DNA from: an uncultured Clostridia bacterium
GTDB taxonomy: Bacteria; Bacillota; Clostridia; Christensenellales; UBA1242
NCBI GenBank assembly: GCA_944381135.1
Contig: CALWJY010000001.1
Span: 90,595-154,594 of the forward strand
DNA: 64,000 bases
Direction of reading: 5' to 3'
A model generated the notes under the pieces. It ran no database searches, was not told the origin of the DNA, and saw nothing but the letters and a program-made list of their open reading frames with translations. Numbering within the stretch: the stretch's first letter is position 1; each line of letters begins with the position of its first letter. The translations under genes and the position numbers were made by a program. Below, in pieces: positions 56,533-64,000 of this stretch.

Positions 56533-58503
56533 ATGTCATTCAATTCGTCTGGGGAAACTCAATATTTGATTTTGGACAGTCTTGCCCATGGCTCAAAATA
56601 TGGCTTGGAAATCATAGAATTCATTTCCACAAAGTCAGGTGGAAACTACATTCTCAAGAAGCCAACGCTTTATTCATGCCTCACCCGCATGGAAAAGAAA
56701 GGTTTGGTTTCTTCTTCATATTGGGGAGAAAGTGAATTGGGTGGAAAGCGCCACTACTATTCCATAACTGATGAGGGCAAGAAAGCATTGGAAGAACTTT
56801 CTCAAGATTTTGCCGATTTTTCTTTTGAAGATAAAGGTGTTGAAGCCTTCAAAGATGAAGAAACAACCACAAGTGAAACCTCGCCTCAAAATGATGAAAA
56901 TTCCTCTGTTTACTTGCAACAAGACAACATTTTCAACATGCTGACAGAAAACAAAAATCAAGAGCCAAAACAAACAGAAAAGCAAGAAGAAAACAACACA
57001 CAAACAAGCACCATTTCACCGAATCAAATGGACTTTTTCTCGTTTCAAGCCGAAGAAGTTGCAAACACTCAAAACAATGTGGATGAAACCTATGATGACA
57101 CCTCATCCGAAAACGAATCTATGAGCAATTCATATGAAACAACAATCTTCGAAACAAATCAAATAAACCAAACAAATCAAACGAATCAAATAAATCAATC
57201 TGAACAAACCACTCAATCAAAAGAGGAATATTATCAGTCCGTTTTGGAACAAAACATACAACCTCCACAAACCTTTAAAAATGAGGACGAAACATCTTCA
57301 ACAACAAGCAAAGATGATGGCAAATTTTTGGATGCAAATGAGAGACTCACCCCTGCACAAGAGGAACAAAACCGCCGTCTTTACGACACTTCCAGCGAAT
57401 TGAAGAGATATCGCAAAAAGAAAAGTTTTTCTGAAAATCAGATTGAACTTTCTGTGGTTTATGAAAAAGCAGAAGATAAGGAAATTCAAAAACAGCGCAT
57501 TGAAGAGCTTAAAGCTTCAATGCTTCAAGCGCGTCAAAATGGATTTGACAGCACCATTGTTTTGCCAACAAACACAGAAACAAACAAGAGCGAAAACAAC
57601 ACAAATTCATTTGACGCACCTTTACAATCTTCCTCAAACACCACAACATTTCGTTATTTCGACAACCAGAACGATGGACTTGTTTACAGCAAAGAAATGG
57701 TCAATGAAAATGTTTCAAGCGTGGAAGATTCGGCATCCGAGCGCTTGGATGATGCAGTTCTCATAACTTCACCACGCATACACGAAAATGAAATTCCAAT
57801 TCAGAGGAAAATCACTCCGCCAAACATTGACATTGACGTTTCAGACGAAAATTTACCTGCTCCAAAGCGCAACACAAGTCTTGAGCCAACCTACAAAGAC
57901 ATGATGGCAAAATTGTTTGAACGCAAAAAAGAAAAACCAAAAGCACAAACTTTGCAAATTCCGGCAGTTCAAGAAAGCACAAATTTTGACGATGTTGGCA
58001 GTTTTGCAGACTATGACACCTTGAAAAAATATTATGCAGGCCACAGCATCGAATTTAAGGAATACAACCGAACAAATGTTGAGCGCCGCCACAATACAAA
58101 TTTTCTGAACTTCATAAGTTCTGTTGCCCTCCTGCTCCTAAGTGGAATTGGTTGTGCTGTGATTTTTGGAATCATAAGCGGTGTCAAACTTCTGAGTGCA
58201 AGCACAAACTTTTTGTTCTACACCGTGCCAATCTTGTTTTTGATTTACACAATTTTCACCTTCATCCGACACAAAGTCTACCCAAGCAAAAAAGCAACAT
58301 TGGTCTATAACTCGCTTATAAATTGGATGGTGTTCATTTTAGGTGCAATTATTGTTGTGATTGCAAATGTGATTGCTGGAATGCAATATGAAATCATGGC
58401 TCAATTTGTCACATCTCTTGTTGTGCCAATATATGCCCTCTTGCTTGCTTTCCCTGTGAATTACTACATCAAGAAGTTTCTATATAAAAAATACGCAAAA
58501 TAA
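56533..58503 (+). CDS. PadR-family winged-helix protein fused to a long Q/N/T/E-rich linker and a C-terminal multi-TM domain
   Basis: YLILDSLAHGSKYGLEIIEFI...KPTLYSCLTRMEKKGLVSS (PadR), NQINQTNQTNQINQ low complexity, about four hydrophobic helices in the last ~150 aa. ATG at 56533 follows AGGAG. Confidence 0.75.
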   Translation: MSFNSSGETQYLILDSLAHGSKYGLEIIEFISTKSGGNYILKKPTLYSCLTRMEKKGLVSSSYWGESELGGKRHYYSITDEGKKALEELSQDFADFSFEDKGVEAFKDEETTTSETSPQNDENSSVYLQQDNIFNMLTENKNQEPKQTEKQEENNTQTSTISPNQMDFFSFQAEEVANTQNNVDETYDDTSSENESMSNSYETTIFETNQINQTNQTNQINQSEQTTQSKEEYYQSVLEQNIQPPQTFKNEDETSSTTSKDDGKFLDANERLTPAQEEQNRRLYDTSSELKRYRKKKSFSENQIELSVVYEKAEDKEIQKQRIEELKASMLQARQNGFDSTIVLPTNTETNKSENNTNSFDAPLQSSSNTTTFRYFDNQNDGLVYSKEMVNENVSSVEDSASERLDDAVLITSPRIHENEIPIQRKITPPNIDIDVSDENLPAPKRNTSLEPTYKDMMAKLFERKKEKPKAQTLQIPAVQESTNFDDVGSFADYDTLKKYYAGHSIEFKEYNRTNVERRHNTNFLNFISSVALLLLSGIGCAVIFGIISGVKLLSASTNFLFYTVPILFLIYTIFTFIRHKVYPSKKATLVYNSLINWMVFILGAIIVVIANVIAGMQYEIMAQFVTSLVVPIYALLLAFPVNYYIKKFLYKKYAK

Positions 58504-58762
58504 TTCACCTTGAAAAACAAAGTCTGAGAAAATGAAACCAAAACAAAATCAAAAAATATAAAAATAAATTTTTTGCCATGGCGAATTTGTTATATAAAAA
58601 TAACTTTTTTAAAGGATTTTTATGCGTTTTCGCTTTCAAAACAAAAGAAATCCTAAAAAATAAAATTTTTTGAAATTGGATGAATATAATTCAAAAATCG
58701 GTGCAACATAGAAGTAAGTTAAGTGTCTGTTTGCACAGAGGTGCGGAACTTAACTTAAAAAC

Positions 58763-58814
58763 GAAAAGAGATAATTAGTTCGTGAGGAACAAATTTACAT
58801 CTCTTTTCTTTTTT
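58763..58814. terminator. bidirectional terminator between the convergent padR-like and membrane-protein genes
   Basis: GAAAAGAGAT-N26 (with inner GTTC/GAAC pair)-ATCTCTTTTC, with T-runs on both strands. Confidence 0.65.
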
Positions 58815-58938
58815 ATTAATTCAGACCCGATTCCATTTTAATTAAACTTCATTTCGATTTAATTTTAAAACAACTTCATTTTGACTTCATTTTTACTTTG
58901 TGTGACTTCATTTGAATTTCTTTCAGTTTGATTTCTTT

Positions 58939-59583
58939 TTAATTTGGTTTAATTTCAATTTCTCTATGATCCTTTCGTTGTTTGATTTTTTTGAAAATGA
59001 AAATGGAAAGATTGACAACCACAAAAATCACAATCAGTGCAAGCGAAAACAAGAAAAGATAGAACGCCGAATTGTCAAAAGCAACACTGATTAAAAGCAC
59101 AACTGCACACGAAACAGCCTCTCCAACAATGACAGAAACAAACCCCTGCCAAATTTTCAAATTTGAAATTCCTGCAATCAAAGCCCCTGAATACACTCCC
59201 GTCAAAGGCAACGGAACAGCAACAAATGTTGCAAGCGAAAAACACTTTCGAAATGTCGATGGATGAATGCGCATTTTTTCAATTTTGGCATGATATTTTC
59301 CTTGAACCATAGACAAAAACCTGTCATGAACAAATCCACTTGTCTTGTTTTTGATTTTTTTGACCAAAAAAATGACAACAATCACAGGCAACGAACTTCC
59401 AACAAAACCAATCAAAAACGCAAGCGCTGGCGAAAGAGTGTTTTCGCCCCATATTGCCGTGGAAAGCGCCAACGGAATTGCAATTCTGCTTTCCACCATT
59501 GGAAACATCGCAAGAAGCACAACCGCCAAAACCACGCACCCAGCAAAGTTGTCCGCAAAAAAATTTACAATTGAATCAACCAT
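58939..59583 (-). CDS. polytopic membrane protein, possibly small multidrug export (COG2426-like)
   Basis: 214 aa, 5-6 TM helices, MFPMVESRIAIPLAL motif. The family call comes from memory only. Confidence 0.45.
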   Translation of the reverse strand: MVDSIVNFFADNFAGCVVLAVVLLAMFPMVESRIAIPLALSTAIWGENTLSPALAFLIGFVGSSLPVIVVIFLVKKIKNKTSGFVHDRFLSMVQGKYHAKIEKMRIHPSTFRKCFSLATFVAVPLPLTGVYSGALIAGISNLKIWQGFVSVIVGEAVSCAVVLLISVAFDNSAFYLFLFSLALIVIFVVVNLSIFIFKKIKQRKDHREIEIKPN

Positions 59584-59749
59584 AAAAAAGACCTCAAATC
59601 ATTATATGAGGTCGTTTTACTAAATATTAAAATTAAAATATGCTTTTTAAGATAAACATACTTCAATATTTCAAGCAAGCAAAAAGAAATCAAAGCCAAG
59701 TCACAGTCAAGAAATTCAACAAAAACAACAAATCGTCGAACAAGAAATT

Positions 59750-61411
59750 TCATTTTTCTTCAACAAGTTTTCTTGCATGTTCAAGAGCGGTTTGAGAAAC
59801 ATTTTCCCCGCCATCAATCAACCTTGCAACCTCTTTTATGATGTCCTCATCCTCCAATTGTCGCACTGTTGAGATTGTTGTTTTTTCATTCGTTCGTTTT
59901 TCAACAAGCAAGAAATTGTCCGCCTTTCCAGCCACAACCGGCGTGTGAGTTATGCAAATGATTTGCGTGTATTTGGAAATGTTGACCAATTTTTCAGCAA
60001 GTTTTCCCGCTGTGTGCCCGCTTATTCCTGCATCAATTTCGTCAAAAACCACAGTTTGCACCATCTCTTTGTCAAGCATAACATTTTTAAAAGCAAGCAA
60101 AAGTCTTGAAAGTTCTCCGCCAGAAGCTGTTTTATGTAAGTCTCTGATTTCTTGACCGAGATTTGCCGAAAACATGAATTTCACATCGTCAAAACCATTT
60201 TTTGAAAATGTACCTTTTTGAAAATCAACCTTAAAATTGGTGTTTTTCATTTCAAGGTCAGCAAGTTCTCTGCAAATTGCTTTTTCGAAAGTTGACGCAT
60301 ATTTTTTTCGAATTTCACTGAGTTTATCGCTTGCTTCAGCCAATCGAGTTTGAACCTCCGCTTTGTCACGCTCAAGATTGGCAAGCGTTTGTTGACTGTT
60401 CTCAAGCTCTTCAAGTTTGTTTTGACATTTCTCTTGAAAATCTAAAACATCTTCAGTGTTCTTTCCATATTTTCGAAACAGGTTTTTAAGCAAATCTAAA
60501 CGAGAGTCAATTCTCTCCAATTCCAATGGGTCAAAATCTGTGCTCTGTCTGACGCTTTCCAAAACATCAACAACATCTTTGATTTCATAATAGCAATTTT
60601 CAATTCTTTCTCTGCTTGATTCAATCTCCTTGAAGTTGGACAAACTTGAAAGTTCGTTTTTTGCATCATACAAAAGTGCTGTCACATTCTGATTTTGAGC
60701 GTCAAGTTTGTCAAGCACATCTCCAACCCTTTCAAAAATTTTCTCAGAGGAAGAGATGAAATCAAACCGTTCTTTAAGCGCCTCTTCTTCGCCAAGTTGA
60801 AGATGAGCGTTCTCAATTTCGTCAATTTGAAATTCCAAAATCTCTTTCTCTCTTGTTCTTTCAGCCTCATTTCCGCCAAGTGAAGCAATTTTCTTCTCAA
60901 TTTCTTTAAGTTGGTCAAAAAGTTTGGTGACATCCAGTTTCGCGTCTTCAACCTCTTTTCCAGCAAACTTGTCCAAAAACATCAAGTGATTTCCAGCGTT
61001 TAAAAGTCCAACACTGTCATGTTGCCCACAAAAATCAGCCAATTTTTCAGCAAGATTTTGCAACATTTTTGCCGTGGCGGGATAGCCACAAATTTTGACT
61101 GAAGATTTTCCATCAATAGACAGAGTGCGCGTGATGATAAGTTCGTCATCAAAATCAATTTCCCAACCTTGCAGAATTTCTTTCACTTCATCATTCAAAT
61201 CAGTGAAAACTCCGTCAACGCGCAAACAAGTTTCGCCAGAACGAATCAACCCTTTGTCCGCCTTTGCACCCAACAAAAAACTAAGAGCAGAAATAAGCAC
61301 ACTTTTTCCAGCGCCGGACTGCCCTAAAATGCAATTAAACCCACTTTTAAAATTTACTGTTTGTTTTTGAATTAAAGCAACATTGGAAAGTGTTAAAGAT
61401 GAAAGCATCAC
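59750..61411 (-). CDS. recN: DNA repair protein RecN
   Basis: Walker A GQSGAGKSVL, long coiled coil, signature ASGGELSRLLLA, VFDEIDAGISG. Confidence 0.9.
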   Translation of the reverse strand: MMLSSLTLSNVALIQKQTVNFKSGFNCILGQSGAGKSVLISALSFLLGAKADKGLIRSGETCLRVDGVFTDLNDEVKEILQGWEIDFDDELIITRTLSIDGKSSVKICGYPATAKMLQNLAEKLADFCGQHDSVGLLNAGNHLMFLDKFAGKEVEDAKLDVTKLFDQLKEIEKKIASLGGNEAERTREKEILEFQIDEIENAHLQLGEEEALKERFDFISSSEKIFERVGDVLDKLDAQNQNVTALLYDAKNELSSLSNFKEIESSRERIENCYYEIKDVVDVLESVRQSTDFDPLELERIDSRLDLLKNLFRKYGKNTEDVLDFQEKCQNKLEELENSQQTLANLERDKAEVQTRLAEASDKLSEIRKKYASTFEKAICRELADLEMKNTNFKVDFQKGTFSKNGFDDVKFMFSANLGQEIRDLHKTASGGELSRLLLAFKNVMLDKEMVQTVVFDEIDAGISGHTAGKLAEKLVNISKYTQIICITHTPVVAGKADNFLLVEKRTNEKTTISTVRQLEDEDIIKEVARLIDGGENVSQTALEHARKLVEEK

Positions 61412-61577
61412 AAAACCTCATAAGATTGAAAAGTTTGCTTAAGATTGGAAGATTAAAAGATTTAATAATTAAGAAGATTAAACAATTAAAATTTCTAAAA
61501 TCTTCCAAAAACTCGCAAAATCCAATCACAGTTCAATTTTACAACATAAACAAAAATTTTGCAAACAATCTGCCACA

Positions 61578-62030
61578 CTATGCCAAAAGTTGTTGCAAAG
61601 TTGCAACCGCCTCGCTTGCATACACAACAGTTGGAAAAATAAGCATGATTGTGTCATCACCATAAGTTGCACCCATAAGTTCTGTCAGATTCAATTTGTC
61701 AATGAATGAGCAAACGCCCGAGCCCATCCCTTTGATTGTTTTGATAACTGCCAAATTAAGTGCAGGCTTCACAGAGATGACACATTCTTTGAAGATGCTT
61801 ATGTATTTGTTTGAAACAACTTGTTGCTCGTTTCCAAGAATGGCATATTTATATTTCCCGGAACTGCTTAAAATTTTGGTCAAACCAAGTTCTTTGATGT
61901 CACGAGAAATTGTTGCTTGCGTGATGTCAAAGTTGGCATTTTTGAGTTCTCTTGCAAGCTCATCTTGAGTTTCAATCTCTTTGGTTGAGATAAGTTCCAG
62001 AATTTTTGATTGCCTTGCACTTCTTGCCAT
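61578..62030 (-). CDS. argR: arginine repressor ArgR/AhrC
   Basis: RQSKILELISTKEIETQDEL...QATISRDIKEL...GDDTIMLI. Confidence 0.9.
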   Translation of the reverse strand: MARSARQSKILELISTKEIETQDELARELKNANFDITQATISRDIKELGLTKILSSSGKYKYAILGNEQQVVSNKYISIFKECVISVKPALNLAVIKTIKGMGSGVCSFIDKLNLTELMGATYGDDTIMLIFPTVVYASEAVATLQQLLA

Positions 62031-62094
62031 TGTTTTCTCCTTAAAGCCTACATGCGCCTATTTTAGCGGGATGTAGCGATTTTGCATAAATATA

Positions 62095-62112
62095 AATTTA
62101 TGTTTATTCATG
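62095..62112. promoter_or_regulatory. candidate ARG box (weaker) overlapping the argR transcript start region
   Basis: Minus strand CATGAATAAACATAAATT: a perfect TGAAT half-site and a degenerate second half. Confidence 0.4.
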
Positions 62113-62123
62113 CATTTTTGATT

Positions 62124-62152
62124 ATTATACAATAAAATTTATAAATATGCAA
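62124..62152 (-). promoter_or_regulatory. sigmaA promoter of argR
   Basis: Minus strand: TTGCAT, 17-nt spacer, TATAAT. Confidence 0.65.
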
Positions 62153-62157
62153 GTGAT

Positions 62158-62175
62158 TTTTGCATATTTATTCAC
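62158..62175. promoter_or_regulatory. candidate ARG box upstream of the argR -35
   Basis: Minus strand AGTGAATAAATATGCAAA matches wnTGAATwwwwATTCAnw with one mismatch. It is part of the IR AAATATGCAA-N7-TTGCATATTT. Confidence 0.5.
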
Positions 62176-62687
62176 TTATTTTTTATAAAAATTTCAAATT
62201 TTGAAAATTTATAAAATTGGAATTTATAATTATAAATGAATATACATTTTCTAAAAAAAACATAAAACAATAGGGCAACCACTTATTGCATTTCAATAAC
62301 AGTCACCCAAACACCACAAACATACAACAAACATCGCTTGAAAAACATTTAAAACCCTCACCCCAGCCAATTATGAGAAACATCCCAAATTTCAGTCGAC
62401 GAATTTAATTGATTCATAAATCAAACTGCAAATCAATCAGAAGTCAATCACACAAAAAACAGAGCAACCATATCTTTGTTTTCGCTCACCTTTCATTATG
62501 TAAACTGTAAAAATAAAAATTTAGATATATAAATTCAAACTTAAAAATATAAACATATAAATTTAACCATACAAATTTAAACATCTAAATTAAATCATAT
62601 AAAAAAAACATATCAACAAGATATGCCAATTTTTTCTCATAACAATTTCACCACCCAAGAACCAAGCATCAAACGACTTAGTCAAAA

Positions 62688-63851
62688 TTAATAACAATTA
62701 ATTGTCAAAACCTCCTCATTTGCAACCGCCTCATCAACAAGGCTTTCAATATCCAAATTTTTCTCCAAAAATTCAGCGCGTTTGATGGTTGGTCTAATCA
62801 CAGGATTCTTTGGAAGAAAAACAGTGCAACAATCTTCATAAGGCAAAATTGAAGTTTCATATGTTTTGATTTTCTTTGCAATCGCCATGATATCCTCTTT
62901 GTCAAAAGCAATCACAGGCCTGAAAACAGGAAGTGAAACAACAGAATTCGTCACATTCATGCTTTGCATTGTTTGGCTTGCCACCTGACCCAAACTTTCA
63001 CCCGTCACAATTGCCCCGAGGTCATTTTGCTCACAAATCTTTTGCGCAATTCTCATCATAATTCTGCGCATAATTGTAATCATATATTCACTGTCACAAT
63101 TGCGATGGATTTGCTCTTGAATTTCAGTGAACGAAACAATGTGCAATTTAATTTCGCCACAATAAGCAGAAATTTCTTTAGCAAGTTCAATCACCTTTTC
63201 TTTCGCCTGCACACTTGTGTATGGATAGGAATGAAAATGCACCGCCTCAAGTTTCAACCCTCTTTTCGCAATCAGATATCCAGCCACAGGACTGTCAATT
63301 CCTCCCGACAAAAGCAGAAGCCCCTTTCCAGCACTTCCAAGTGGCAACCCGCCAGCACACGAAGTCAACTTGTCATAAACATAAGTCTTTCCATTCGTTC
63401 GAATTTCTACATAAACCATCTTTTCAGGGTTATACAAATCAACTTTAAGATTTGAATTTTTGTCTAAAACAACACCTCCCAAATGGGCAGCAAGTTCCAT
63501 TGAGTTCATAGGAAATTTTTTGTCGGCCCTTTTCGCTTCAATTTTGAATGATGAAACCAAGCCAAAATCAACATCACCAACAACTTTTTCAATTTCAGAC
63601 AAAGATGTTTCAAATTCAACCGCGTCAGCAACCGCAATCAAGCCAAAAACCTCTTGAAGTTTGGAAATCATTTCGTCTTCACTCTCCAAATCGTAGTTTT
63701 CAACCACAATTCTGCCCTGAGTTTCCGTCACAAGACAATCAAAATCATTCAATTTCTTACGAATGTTTGACATCAAAAGTTTGATGAAATCGTGTCTATT
63801 TTTACCCTTAAGAAACAATTCTCCAAATTTCAACAACAAAACTTTCTTCAT
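62688..63851 (-). CDS. thiI: tRNA 4-thiouridine synthase ThiI (no rhodanese domain)
   Basis: THUMP-type N-terminus and PP-loop LLSGGIDSPVAGY. Confidence 0.9.
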   Translation of the reverse strand: MKKVLLLKFGELFLKGKNRHDFIKLLMSNIRKKLNDFDCLVTETQGRIVVENYDLESEDEMISKLQEVFGLIAVADAVEFETSLSEIEKVVGDVDFGLVSSFKIEAKRADKKFPMNSMELAAHLGGVVLDKNSNLKVDLYNPEKMVYVEIRTNGKTYVYDKLTSCAGGLPLGSAGKGLLLLSGGIDSPVAGYLIAKRGLKLEAVHFHSYPYTSVQAKEKVIELAKEISAYCGEIKLHIVSFTEIQEQIHRNCDSEYMITIMRRIMMRIAQKICEQNDLGAIVTGESLGQVASQTMQSMNVTNSVVSLPVFRPVIAFDKEDIMAIAKKIKTYETSILPYEDCCTVFLPKNPVIRPTIKRAEFLEKNLDIESLVDEAVANEEVLTINCY

Positions 63852-64000
63852 TTATTCTCTCCCAATGTAAAAATGCTAAGTATTTTTTGATTTATGTTAT
63901 GTTAAAATAACCAATTTAAAATCATAACCAATTTAAAACAACACATCAATCAGTCAACCACACAAAACAACCAAAAAGACAACCAAAAAGACACCAAACA

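Noticed and set aside
58700-58814. Candidate ~115-nt small RNA: TATAAT at 58685, a 9-bp stem AAGTTAAGT/ACTTAACTT, then a terminator.
   Set aside because: The terminator is bidirectional and is well explained as the shared terminator of the convergent padR-like and membrane-protein genes. No convincing -35 was found. Kept only as a terminator feature.

Overview
AT-rich chromosomal segment from an endospore-forming Firmicute (Clostridia-like), identified by a complete spoIIIAA-AH operon and spoIVB. Content is almost entirely housekeeping: lysS (partial), nth, obg, yhbY, rsfS, rpiB, gap, a Bacillus-type large SRP RNA, asp23-nusB-xseAB-proS, infC-rpmI-rplT behind an L20-leader attenuator, yebC, ruvCAB, queA-tgt, then on the other strand nifSU, trxA, tcdA, hslVU, a trmFO-like gene, topA, dprA, comM, rny, clpXP, tig, a Xer-type recombinase, spoIVB, recN, argR and thiI. 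I found no rRNA, tRNA, CRISPR array or transposase. Gene orientation flips from nearly all plus (1-33.2 kb) to nearly all minus (33.7-64 kb). That convergence and the visible purine/G-over-C flip suggest a replication-terminus-like point near 33.2-33.7 kb. The most unusual signals follow. (1) A dispersed family of roughly 50-60 nt intergenic palindromes with a GTGGTGTTATGCA/TGCATAACACCAC core occurs at six loci. (2) Many intergenic spacers are built from short tandem or degenerate direct repeats of 18-25 nt. (3) A monocistronic 863-aa protein has an N-terminal half that looks like mTERF repeats. (4) A small accessory module (YpsA/SLOG-like gene plus two divergent XRE regulators) sits between rny and clpX. 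(5) A membrane-anchored PadR-like protein is present. (6) A TrmFO homolog appears to lack the nucleophilic-cysteine loop. (7) Two genes (rsfS, xer) have promoter -10 boxes placed for leaderless translation. I see no clear multi-gene defence or other novel system. All family assignments come from reading the translations by eye and need database or structure confirmation.
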